A DNA stretch of 63,354 nt, the filler included, from Reticulomyxa filosa (taxonomy: Eukaryota; Protista; Foraminifera): NCBI GenBank assembly GCA_000512085.1. It is 13 parts of 13 records of this genome, joined end to end, with 100 filler letters (N's around TTAATTAATTAA, not from the genome) between each part and the next. Parts side by side here need not be neighbours in the genome. Positions count along the whole stretch, not along the records: positions 1 to 6,400 come from ASPP01009694.1; positions 6,501 to 7,942 come from ASPP01024998.1; positions 8,043 to 9,329 come from ASPP01038592.1; positions 9,430 to 14,488 come from ASPP01022642.1; 9 more parts are not named here. One strand, 5' to 3'. The notes under the pieces were generated by a model. The model saw only the letters and a list, made by a program, of their open reading frames with translations. It was not told the origin of the DNA and searched no databases. Of this stretch, positions 1-11,890 are shown piece by piece; positions within the stretch are counted from its first letter, which is position 1; every line of letters starts with the position of its first letter. The position numbers and the translations under genes were made by a program.

Positions 1-3000
1 AAAAAAAATATAAAAAAATGGACAATTGATCCGATTGCGTTTGATAATTATCAAAACGGAAACAGGTCTTTCAATCGTATTGCATTTGTTGCATACCACG
101 TGTCACCGAAGTCGTCTTGCAAGCGCAATTGTGTTTCGCAATTGCAGCACGCTTTTAGTTAGTATCGCCGAACAGTGCGATTTGACGACGCCGTGGTTTG
201 GACTCTTTGCAGACGTATTGCTGGATTGTGGCAAGCATTTTCCGTCGCTTTTGTTCAAGTTCCTGGAGAGAGAGGAGGTGACTAATGTCAACTTTGAACA
301 AATGTGGAAAATGCTACCGAAATTGGACGGCCTATTGCAAAAGCGTTTTACACAGCCACTTCGTGAAGACGACACTTTTCTTGTTAAAAACAAACAAAAC
401 AAAACAAAATAAAACAAAATAAAATAAAACAAATGCAACGAATGATACAAAAATATTCTCGTCTTTAATGGCCATAGATTGATATCACACAAGGGGTACT
501 GAAGATTCTACAAGCCATTGGTGTGCTGAGTGTAGTACAACAAAGGGCGGAAAAGATTGATGACCAAGGGGGACTGACTGCTATGCTACTGCGATGGCTT
601 AAATATAAATTACCGGGGAATTTCATGGGACACATATTTCGATGCTTGGCGCATTTGGTATCTCGGAAAGATACCGCGCCCGCAGATCGATTGTGGGAAC
701 AAATCGAAGACGCACAAGTATTGGCCACTCGAAAGCAAGTGACAAAATCAATTGATGATGGAATTGAGATGGAACTTATCCATACTGTTTCGCTTTCATC
801 AAAAAAAAAAAAAAAATAAGTACATATATATATATATATATATATTATATCACAATGAAGTTGTTTTGGAATGTGCTTGTTACATATACAAATGGATGAA
901 CGATTCTAGTCGCAAATTGGGGAAAATGTATCATGTCCAGCGACAGTTGGGTTTTGTTATTTATTGGAGACGCTGATGCGGACAACAGAGATACCCAAAG
1001 ACTTGGGCTCTGAAATGCGCGATCCCGGGGTGCAAGTGTACATGGAATATGTGAGAACGATGGTATTCTTGGACTGGAACAAACGCAATTATGAACAAAT
1101 TCGAGAAAAATGGGAACTGGCAGGAATTTGTCTCAACATTTTCGTTATTTTGTTAGAAAAAGAAAACCCAACTGACTTTGATCCTGCCAATTTGACTATT
1201 CCTCAAATATGTTAAGTATTGTTTTTTTTTCTGAGTATTATTGCATTACGGACAAAGATATATACATGTATATGCATAATATGTATAGTATCGAGCCGTG
1301 CTTCGTTTGTGATAATGACGAGTATGTTAACACGCCATTCAAGTATACTTGATGTGGTAATGGAAATATTCCAACAAGGCTTTAACATTTTGCAAAACAT
1401 GGCTTCAGTTCACGATGAAGGGATCGATTTGGTTGAAAAAGCTTTTTGTAATGCTTTAAACTTATTGCAAGGTTGATTTTTTTATATATGTGTATATATT
1501 ATTGTTATTGTTATTATTATCATTATCATTTCTCTTCTCTCCTTCTTCCACGTATAAATACGAAGTGTGGTTTGCATGCAGTGGTGATGGAACACGAAGA
1601 ATCGTTTTTGGAATTTACTCAAAGACATCGTCCGGGATATTTCAACTTTAATCGATTGGAAACTCGCCTGCTGTCGGTGCAATATCGTCCACAAATGATC
1701 AGTTTGGCCGCTTGTGTGAACTACGTGCATCCTTATATTCGTATTCAATCACTTCGCATTCTGAAGCATCTGAACAAGTTCAAGCAAGATGACACATGCT
1801 CTTTGAGCGGTTGTTTTGTTGGACAGCAAGCGTTGGAGACCATCCAACACGCGTTCAGCTCGCAACTGTGTCTTAGGCCGGCACCACGAGACGTTGACGA
1901 GGACGCCACTGACAATCGAATTGACATTGTTCAGTTCCTCATTGACTCCACGTCTGCCAAACAAGGACACGCTCTGGCATTCGCTTTGTTGGGATTTTCC
2001 AACACGTCGTCATCTAATGACAACTTTCATTGTGCGACGTCGTGTTTGGGCCAAGTATTTGTCTTATGTCGTTTGACCAAGTTGACTACTAACATCTTTG
2101 TCGTTTTTTTTTTTTTTTTTTTTGATATTTCCAAAAAATGTATTCTTGTTATTATAGCTTTTGTCAAGAAACCCCGGAATTGGCCGCAAAATGCTTTGAA
2201 CTGCTATATATGCTGTTGCAACATCCAAAAATATCGAGTCGCGTCGTTTGTGCGTATGAGGCGTGCCACTTGTCATTTGTGAATCTGCTGTCGAATTGTA
2301 TGCAGTGCACCCGCGTTAAGCTCGACGAAGGAATAGCTGAGGAACTGGTCGACAGCGATGCTGATGCGATCATTTGTCTGTTGAATCAAAGACTGTGGCT
2401 CTTGAAATCAATCGCTTTGTACTGCGCGTTTTATAAACACTTTCCGTCGTTGTTTGCATCGAAGCAGATCGACGCCTCGTCTCTGGAGCAGATTGTTCAC
2501 AACAGCAGTCCCTTGGACACACATAACTTGGTCTTTTTGGGTTTGATCAAGGACTTACAACGTCGTCTTCCTGGCGCAAGGAATACCACAAAGCCCGTCG
2601 TGCAAAATGCCTTGAAAGTGTTGTTTGAAGAGTTTGCCGTTAATGATGTTGCGGTTGCGTCTGATAGTAAGGATAGCACTACTTTCGATCAGGATGCCTT
2701 CGAAAATAACAACCAAGTTTCTTACTTGTTTTTTTGTGTAAACATAGAAAGAAACACATTCATTTTTATGTGTTTGATGCACGACAATTCAGAGAGACAA
2801 AGAAATAAAAGATGAACAAGTGCGAGAGAGAGAATCTGACAAGCGAGCTCAACTACAATTTACTTTTACAAATACTTGTGAAGCATGGGCCGAATCTCAT
2901 CAGTTTATATTTTTAATTGTCATACTTTACAATATATATATATATATATGCATATATAATATGATATATGTTGTTATTGGTCAGCAATAATGATTGGCTA

Positions 3001-3539
3001 CGAGAATGATCTCGAATACGATAATTCGCTTCTGCTCGATTTGATGCTGTTGATTTTAACTCGCTTGAAAGCAGAGACGAAAGAAATCTCACCGCAAATT
3101 GCGGTAACTGCATCCAATGTGGCGTTGGTGATTATGAATCGATTCAAAAACTCGTTGCGAATATCCAAACCTGTGTACCTCTCCTCATCCAATCTGTCGG
3201 TTTTCTGTTTCTAAGTTGCATTTTTCTGTATTCATTTTGTTTGATTTTTTTTTTTTTTATTGTTTAACATGTGGAAGCACATTTATTGTGTTTTGTATAT
3301 CGGGACCGATCGCAGTGAGTTCATAATACAGCATTTAGTGTCCGCACTGATAACGCAAAAGAAGCATCGAGATGTACGCAGTCGTTTGTACAATATCTTG
3401 CTCATGTTTCTGACCTATGTCACGGTGAAAGGCACACACGTGCCAGAACAGCAGAGTGACTCTGATACCAATCTTGATCTGTTTCGAAGTGCACTATTTC
3501 AATATTCCATTTTAAAAGAGATTTAAATATAACATATAC

Positions 3540-3577
<38 letters not shown>

Positions 3578-5571
3578 ATATGTAAAAGAAATAGTAAAAG
3601 ATTTTGTTTGGTTGTTTGTACATATAAAACTTCTTTAGATATGATACAGTGGTGACAAAAAAGTTACAAATAGAATTGAAGATTACCAACATATTGTTAC
3701 AGAGCAGAAGAGAATTGATTACAGTGTTGCTCAAAGACTCTCGGAGAGATGATCCTTACTTGTGCTCGTTGGCATCTCTCGTGTTTACGCAACTATTGGC
3801 CCCGCCGTGGTATCACTTCCACGCTACAGAAATGATTCAAGCGAATGCAAAGTCCAGCGAAAAATGGATGGATGCGTTGGTAAACACTGCTTTCTTGGAT
3901 TTGATACAACGGTGTACTCTTTTTGACAATCATTTGTTCAATGCCATCGCCTCATCTCATCATATTGTGCACATTTATCAGTTTTGTGACGTGCATTTAC
4001 ATCACTTTATTTTGACACATTACATCTTTTTTTTTTGCAGATTCAATTGTTGGATGGGCATGGTGATCGCTTTGGCATCCTACGAAGGCATTGGAAAGAC
4101 ATTGGTCGAAGATGGCTTTGTATTGATCATGAAAAATTTAAAGGGTTTGAAGGCGAAAATCCCTTGGAACGGAGAAGACCAGGAATCAAAGAGCAAATGC
4201 CAAAGATATTTGAAAGTATTCATTCCTTGTTTGCAATTAATTTCTGCTTTGTTTTTGTCGTGCCCAAACGAGTTTCGTCTACATTATCAAGCGCACCAGT
4301 TTTTGGAAGCAGTTGGGTTGAACTTTAATTAAATTGTATTTGTTTATTTTTATCAGCAAAACATAGATAAACATAATCCATTGATAATTGTCATTAATGT
4401 TGTTGTCAGCATAATATAGTCCGCGATGTCCTGGTAATCCCTTCGGAAGATCCTTTGCTACTTCGCGCAATTCGTCTATGGCTTGAGGTGAAATACATGA
4501 TTTGTAACAATGGCACTGTTGATACAGACTTGGCTGATGCCACATTTGCTGAACTTAATGAAAGTGGATCCAAGAGCAAGAAAGAGCACGAAATAACTTG
4601 TCTGAGAAGAGACAACAATCTATTGTTGCCCTTGTTTCGATTGCATTCCAACAAACTTGATCACGATTATAATGATATCAAATTCGATCCAATGTATGAA
4701 CGTGTTACAAATTCTTTTACTACTATTATTTTTGTACTTTCTCTTCAAAGTTTGTTTGTGTCGTAGAATGGATAGCAACACCATAAATTTGGTTAAAAAG
4801 AATGTTCAAGACGATGTTGAAGAAACAATACACTTGAGGTATGATATACTTCGAATATTGTTGTCAATATTTCGCGTTCAATCATTGGGTATTCGTCAAA
4901 TGTCACCTATTTCTTCCTTACTTTCCACTGAGATTGATGTGGAAATAAGCTTTACGCCGTTGTTTTCATCGAAACTGGATACATTTTCAGAAAGTGATTC
5001 TTCAACGAAACTGTCATTAGGGGATTTGTGTCATCGTCTTGTTGATGTCTGTAGTGCTTGTGACAGAATTAGTCATCATATTTTGGTTATCAATTGGGAA
5101 TTAGAAAAACCAGAAGAGTGTAATCTGCAAGAAATTCAAAATTTAATCCCTGATTTGGAAAGTCAAATATCATTGTACTTTCATATTATTGAACAAATCT
5201 TAACATTACTCTATTTCCACTGTGAACATTACCTATCCGCTGCTGACGCATCTAAATACGATAGTAATACTATATCATTTTTTTCCATATTTCAAAAGAA
5301 AGTAATGAATCAAATTATTGAGCCATTTCGAGCATGGATAGTTGGTGAAACTGAATCCGAATCTGTTAAAAGTATTTGCGTATTAAATATCAATCAAGAC
5401 AATATTACAGAAATCTTTGGTTCCAGAATAGAGCCTTTGTCCCGTGACGGTAATTCGATCAGAGAATATATCGACGTATTGATATTAAAATTTCAAAGGT
5501 TGGAGCAAGAATATCAAACACAAGAATCCACTTCCATCATTCAATCAAAATCGGATGTAGAAAATGCATGA
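1..5571 (+). CDS. NUP205: Nuclear pore scaffold protein Nup205/Nup192 homolog, multi-exon, 5'-partial
   Basis: Exons join via GT-AG introns (e.g. 383-477, 787-909, 3981-4040). Peptides LWEQIEDAQVL...DDGIEMEL and DLGSEMRDPGVQVYMEYVRTMVFLDWNKRNYEQIREKWELAGICLNIF resemble the Nup205 block LGAGLRPPGFDPYLQFLRDSVFLRFRTRAY..AEKWEVA. Stop TGA at 5569-5571. Confidence 0.8.
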
Positions 5572-6400
5572 TTTATTTAAATGTCTCTAAGTGAGTTTTT
5601 TTCGATGATCATTACCCTATGCAGCTCTTGAGCATTGGTTTGTTTTAACGTTGCAATTTTTATATTTACAAGCTGGCACAATATGCCATTGCTCCAAAAA
5701 ATATTCCTCAATTTCAAAGGACTTGTAGCGTCACTGCAAAAAATCGATTGAATTTTTCTTTTTATTCGCTAATATTCTACATCTTTTTTTAAATCCTTTT
5801 TTCTTTACATGCTGCTTTGTTATCGATTGTTATACCAATCGAAAAAGAAAAAAAGACTCATCTATTATGATAAAAATATTGTTGATAATCGTTCTTGGGC
5901 TACTTGTACTTTTTTCTTCAAGTTTTTTGTGAATTTTCTGTGCACAACAGCTTATTCTTTTAATTGGGTTTTTTGCAGAATAATTAGGCTAGCCTTTGAA
6001 TTAAAATTTCCTGTATACATGAAAATTATGTGAAAGTCTTTTTGATCGGAGAATATTATTAATCAAAGGACAAACACCAAATATTTGAAAATATACATTT
6101 ATATTGTAATTAAACAATGTTTTCTCACAATGAAAATATTATTTTGTAATTCGAATTCAAGTGAATGGATGGATATGCAAAAAAAACTTGTCAAAGTTTG
6201 AGTGGATTACTCTTTCACAAAATGTTGATGAAAATGAAATAATCTCAAGGTATCTTTAAAAAATCTTTCTCTACAAACAGCCAGTAGTTTAATTTTTTTG
6301 TTCACAAGAAAAATGAATACTCGTTTGTGTTTCACAAGCCGGTTGAAGATGTTAACAGTTGAAGTCTCCACTAAAACAGAACTGCTGATGATTAAAACTT

Positions 6401-6500
6401 NNNNNNNNNNNNNNNNNNNNNNNNNNNNNNNNNNNNNNNNNNNNTTAATTAATTAANNNNNNNNNNNNNNNNNNNNNNNNNNNNNNNNNNNNNNNNNNNN
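6401..6500. other. Artificial contig spacer
   Basis: N44-TTAATTAATTAA-N44, a six-frame stop linker. Confidence 0.98.
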
Positions 6501-7640
6501 TTCCAATTGGAGCTGTTATTTTTTTATTAAAGCTCAACACTCCTCTTTATCGTCTTTTCATGTATGAAGTTAGGCAATGGGTGTTATATTTAAAAGATTT
6601 TTGTGTGCTTATAGTTTTTTGGTTATAATTGCTTTAACCTCCAATTTTTGTTACAGAAGCACCTGCACAAGAAAACCATGATCCTCACGGCTTTTCTAGG
6701 TATGTTCAGTTTTCCAACTTTGTTTAACTTGGACTAGCGAACTTGTCGCTTTTTTTTAAGAAAAAAACTGTACTGTTTTGTTCAAACTTATCGTATACAA
6801 CCCTCCTTTTCTTTTCAGAGTTTGCAAGTCTGTTTTATCGATATTTACAGATAAGAGTTATTACGTGTGGTTCTTCAAGTTTTTATATCACCAAAGCTAG
6901 ACCAGAACTGATCCTTATCACTTTCCCATTGTTTTTAAAAAAATTCCAAATAATAACACTACGTATGACCTGCTATAGAAGAGAAGCTAAGTATACTTTT
7001 TTGGGATATATCTAGGCTGAAGAGGGAGGGGCCAGTTTTTGCATTTGCAAAGACATGAATTGGCAATGACAAAGGCAGTATTGGATGCATTGGGATGTAT
7101 CGTGACGTTGAAATCGACTAGCACCACCGTTACAACATTAACACTTCAATTTGGGACATCATCATCTTCTCAAGACTCTGATGACGCGTATTTGCGAATC
7201 GAGTGTGTTTCCGCAAACTCTTTCTTTTGGACATATTCCTCTTTTTCTTATTCTTCTTTTTTTTTTGTTAGATATGTTGTTGTGGTTTCGATGATGACCC
7301 GGTTGTTCACTGAACCGTTTGTTTTGATGATCTTTCATCACTTATTTGGACTCAAATTTGTATTCGGATTTAACTGGTGCGTCGATACCATGGAAGGCAA
7401 TGTGTATGTATGCAATTCGTGTCCGTTGTCGTGATCACCGTAGTTGGATATTTGTATTGGTATTCTTGTGAGAAGAGCTTGCTTCTTTGCTACTGTCGCA
7501 CTGCAACTTGTGTACAGTTGGTAGCACGGAACTTTCTCAGAACCTTCCAACACCATTTTCAACTCATTTTCAAACATGTGCTATTCGCTTTTAGTCAATC
7601 TTTCGGTCTTCGATTGTTGCCTTCATTTTTTTTACATCTT
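6501..7640 (-). pseudogene. Decayed coding-like sequence, family unknown
   Basis: The minus strand gives protein-like stretches (MFENELKMVLEGSEKVPC...) broken by many stops and frameshifts. Confidence 0.3.
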
Positions 7641-7942
7641 CCCAAGCAGATTATAATATATATTTTTTTGTTTTTTATTAATTGCAATTTTTTTTAAAAA
7701 CACAAACAATAGCGAAACTGCTTGTAATTTTTCAATTTGTCTTTGACAAATGACAAAATGTAATGAATTGATGAAATTTCAATTCAAAGTTCAATTGCGG
7801 AAAGGACTAAAAGTAAAAAACTTGATGACAGTACAGCCTTTGTGATTTTTTTTTCTTAATAATAAAACGAGCTCCTGCAAAAACTAGTTTGTATATGAAA
7901 AAAAAAATGAGTAATTTTTTTAGAAATGCATATCCACGTATC

Positions 7943-8042
7943 NNNNNNNNNNNNNNNNNNNNNNNNNNNNNNNNNNNNNNNNNNNNTTAATTAATTAANN
8001 NNNNNNNNNNNNNNNNNNNNNNNNNNNNNNNNNNNNNNNNNN
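7943..8042. other. Artificial contig spacer
   Basis: N44-TTAATTAATTAA-N44. Confidence 0.98.
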
Positions 8043-8482
8043 AAAAAAAGGACTTATGTTGCAAACTTTTAGCACAATCAATAAAGCCATCTCCAAAGAT
8101 TATAAGGGTATATTCCATACTTTTTTTCTTTGTATGTATTTCCAATCTGTTTGCTTGGTTTTTTTTTTGTGGCGAATGCCTTTGTTGGGATAGTTGTTTG
8201 TGTTGTTTTTTTCTCCCCCCACCACCTTTTTCAAGAGGTTAAATCGTTTTTGTTTTTATTCTTTCGTTTCTTAAAAATTGTTGCAAAGTTTTGTGCAGCT
8301 AAATTACACTGGTTCAAGTGTTAGCGTTGTGGCTTATATAATTATATTATATATCAGAGTGTGATGCTTTAACATCGCAAATATATCTGCAACGATACAA
8401 ACTTGTTTCAATCTTTATTTTTGCTTATTGTAAAATAAAAAAATGTTATACTTTACATTTCAATATCTTATATATATAATAT

Positions 8483-8770
8483 AAAAAAAATGTGTACCAG
8501 TGCTTATTTATCCTATCCATATGCACTCATGACTAGTAACATTTAATGCTTAACACATAGACCCTTACCCACCCATTGCATATCTCGCAGTATGCAATCT
8601 TGTTGCCTTCACATTAACTGGGTTATACAATTGAACTGTCACCGGTACCTTCAATTTATAACGTACGACATTCGCTCCAATTCAATATACTTTTCATACA
8701 CTAATTCTAGGTCTTGATGCATTACACGTTATATTTATTCACTAGGAGCTTGTGTGTTACTACTAGTTGA
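8483..8770 (-). ncRNA. Candidate structured non-coding RNA (unassigned)
   Basis: No ORF. Several stems (8575-8598, 8622-8662, 8657-8664 with 8726-8733). On the minus strand there are GNRA-like loops and G-U extensions, end-to-end complementarity, and a T8 run at the 3' end. Confidence 0.4.
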
Positions 8771-8942
8771 TAAATATATTATATAAAATGTTACATAGAT
8801 ACTCGAAAATTTTGTTCATAAACCACAATTTTTGTTTTCAAAAATGAAGAATTATAAAAATAAATAAGATTTTAATTTATCTTAGGATATGATTTTGTTT
8901 GTAATTGATTGATCTACAATGGAGTATGCGAAATTTGATCAA

Positions 8943-9329
8943 TTACTTGGCTTCTGCCATTGTAACATCTCCACTGGCTGGAGGTTTTGCGGCTTCAGTT
9001 GGTTTTCTTGCCACAACTGCAGCATTAATTAACTTGTTTTTTTCTTGTTTGGACATTTTTAGTGTTTTTCTGATTTTTTGCGTGGATTTCCAATCCTTTT
9101 GGAAGTTTTGATGGATCTTTGCGAATAGCAACTTGGGTCTTTCGGATCAATTGTTCCAAGTTATCTGCTGTTACTCCTCTTTAACAAATTGCGAAAATTG
9201 CTTGTTGTATTTATCAGTGTTGTCAGTCTATTGCAAAAAAAAATATTTCGTTTTGATTTATATCAAATAAATAAACAGATCATCCACAACGAAACTTGCA
9301 ATTTTTTCATATAATCAGCAACGTGTTGT
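8943..9329 (-). CDS. RPL5: 60S ribosomal protein L5 (uL18), 3' part
   Basis: HVADYMKKLQ|TDNTDKYNKQFSQFVK..VTADNLEQLIRKTQVAIRKDP matches the RPL5 C-terminal region. Intron 9228-9295. Two frameshifts (sequencing error or pseudogene). Stop at 8943. Confidence 0.85.
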
Positions 9330-9429
9330 NNNNNNNNNNNNNNNNNNNNNNNNNNNNNNNNNNNNNNNNNNNNTTAATTAATTAANNNNNNNNNNNNNNN
9401 NNNNNNNNNNNNNNNNNNNNNNNNNNNNN
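9330..9429. other. Artificial contig spacer
   Basis: N44-TTAATTAATTAA-N44. Confidence 0.98.
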
Positions 9430-9463
<34 letters not shown>

Positions 9464-9504
9464 GGAGGAAGGAAGGAAGGGGGAACATATGCAAAAAAAA
9501 AAAC

Positions 9505-10239
9505 TGTTGACGTCCGGATCTTTTCAAACCACAGCCTCTTAAGTACTTTGACGGTCCAATTTTCATCGTATAAGATCACTGGCTTGCCGTCTTTGCATGT
9601 TTCCAACTTGATTTTAAGCGTGAGAATTGTGTTCTGAATAACGCTCATTTGATCTCTTTGTACGTAAATGCTCACGTAATTGTTCAGCTGCTTGCTTACC
9701 ATTTGTAAGTCCTCGTGCTCGATTTGTATCCACTCTGTGCTGTCCTGCAGGTTGTGCTTCTTCGATGGACAGTTCGGGCAGTTGTCAATGCAAAGTGGCA
9801 TCGACGCTTTCGTCGAATACCCCTCTCCTTTTATAAATTCGATCACGTGGCATCGCGGGCACAGGTGATTATATCGTCGCAATTTCTCTTCGCCATGATC
9901 GCATCCTTTTCAAAAAGTTCATCTCCTTAGATCTCAATTTTTTTTTTTCTTCTCCCACCCCTCCCTTGATTCAATACTATCTTTTTTTTTTGTTACGTAT
10001 ACTTTTTTTGTTTTAGTTTTTGTTTTACCAAGTCGTTTATGCTTGTCTTTGTCAAACTTTCTCCCAGTTTGCTTAAAAGACCACTCTAACATCAGCACTC
10101 GCAATCGCTCGGACGTGCAATGCAGCTTACGACGCTTGTTTTTGGGCTCTTTCCCTTTTGCTGCAGTGTCACAGCTACAAGCGTTTGTGGAGCCATGCTT
10201 TATTTCTGCCTTACATGATGTTCCAAAATCACAGGCCAT
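9505..10239 (-). CDS. Hypothetical Cys-rich protein with basic NLS-like segment, 3'-partial
   Basis: ATG at 10239 (MACDFGTSC...KNKRRKL). Phase-1 intron 9906-10028. Exon 2 has CPRC and CPNC pairs. Confidence 0.6.
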
Positions 10240-10912
10240 GAAAAAAAAGGAAGAAGGGGAGAAAAAAAAAAGAAGAGAAGGAGAAGAAAAAAAAAAGATA
10301 ACAACAAACTTTGAGTCCCAAAAAATTTTGAGCAAAGTTTTTTCGAACTTGCTTGTTTGAGTGGAAACAGAAAAACGGAAGCAAAATTGAGTTACAAGAA
10401 ATTTAAACATTTGCCTGATATTATTGCTATACACCTATATTTTTAAACAAGCTATTTGTTGAATAGCACTATTTTAATTTGTTATTGTTTTAAGGTTGTG
10501 GACTACGCTAATGCTCAGCAAAACAGATTCTTTTCAAAAAAGTACTCGATTCTTTTTCACTGTAAAATACAAAAAAAATTATAAAGAAAAGCTAATATTC
10601 AAAATCTGGGAAGAGAATTGAAATTTAGAATATAATCCTTTAAAACAACTTTAGGCTTCCTCCAAAGCAAAAGATGTAAAGGAAGCTATTACACACGCCT
10701 TTTGAAAGTGAATTATGTTGTAATAATGTAAACACTTATAAAAACTTTAAAATAACTGTTTTTGGATTATGCATATGCATTAATTAAAGTAGAATTACGG
10801 TGACATCTCTAACAAATAATTTGTAAGCAAGTTATGGAATTTTCGGGTCCCTCTTTAATGTCTGGAAATTTATTACTCTATTCAAGCTAAAGGAGAATTT
10901 CTTTGTGCTAAC

Positions 10913-11554
10913 ATGTCCAGCAACGAGTTTGAAGAAAATGAAGTAGTAGAATATGGTGATGTTATAAGATTTTCAGAAAACTTGAAGCACTTGAAGCACG
11001 TGAAAATCAGCTACTTGACACCACAATTTTACCAAACGAAAACGTATCACATAATTCCATTTATGATTAAAGGACGTGAGAATGGAGACATATTATTTGT
11101 AGAAATGGGTTATCTAAAAGAGTTAGTGCGTTTATCCAGACGCAAAAAAGGTCAATATGAATGCAAAATTACCCAAAGATTCCAATATGGCCAAGTTATG
11201 TATTTGATAAAAAAATGTACATATACATTTTTCTAAGTTTCCACACCCCTCTCCCCCCTTTTGAGTGAACAAATATTCCCCAGACAAAAAAATATATATA
11301 TATAGGACGAAAAGCCATCAAGTGTCAGATATGTGGTACTTCATAATAAACAAAACAAGCCGGAGCAACACATTTTTTTGAAAAAAATGGAATATATGGA
11401 TGCCATTGCAATTGTTGCAAAAAATATCAAACGCAAATCTCTTCTCAAAGCCGCAAGTCGTGCTTTAGAGAATGCCGGAGAAGAGGTTACCCCTCAATTC
11501 TTTAATCCAACAAGCGATTTCTTAGAAGATTTTGCTCCACCAAAAAAGAAATAA
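10913..11554 (+). CDS. Hypothetical protein, two exons
   Basis: ATG at 10913. Intron 11195-11305 (GTTATG..ATAG) joins the exons in frame. Stop at 11554. Confidence 0.65.
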
Positions 11555-11890
11555 ACTAAAAAAGGGAGAGTTTTTTTAAAAAATTGAGTTGTCGATTTTT
11601 TTTTCCCCGCTCTTTCTTTTGAATGTGTGAGCTGGCGTGTATGTAGGTCACTGTTACTACTCCATTTCTTGCAAACATTATCCCAAAAAATTTTGAAAAG
11701 ATCAGTTGTCAAAATTTTTTTTTTCCTTGTGTAAAGACCAACAACAAATTAATGATTTGCGACTTGGAAGAATTTTTTGAGTGACTAGGCTGTTGGTTGA
11801 AATTTTTGTTTGTTCGTTTGTTTAGAAATAATGTTGTTATTGTCTCCCTGTCGATCTTCATTTCTAAACCCCTCAAAAAGAATTGGCATA

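Noticed and set aside
6340-6400. Minus-strand GDFNC, resembling a LINE endonuclease motif
   Set aside because: Too short and followed by stops, with no other motifs
6501-7030. Many in-frame TAA/TAG suggesting a ciliate-type genetic code
   Set aside because: TGA stops also occur in frame, and intact genes in the window end in TAA, TAG and TGA. Decay is the simpler explanation.
8561-8570. ACCCTTACCC as a telomerase template
   Set aside because: It lies on the strand opposite to the folding and terminator signals, and the telomere repeat is not known from this window
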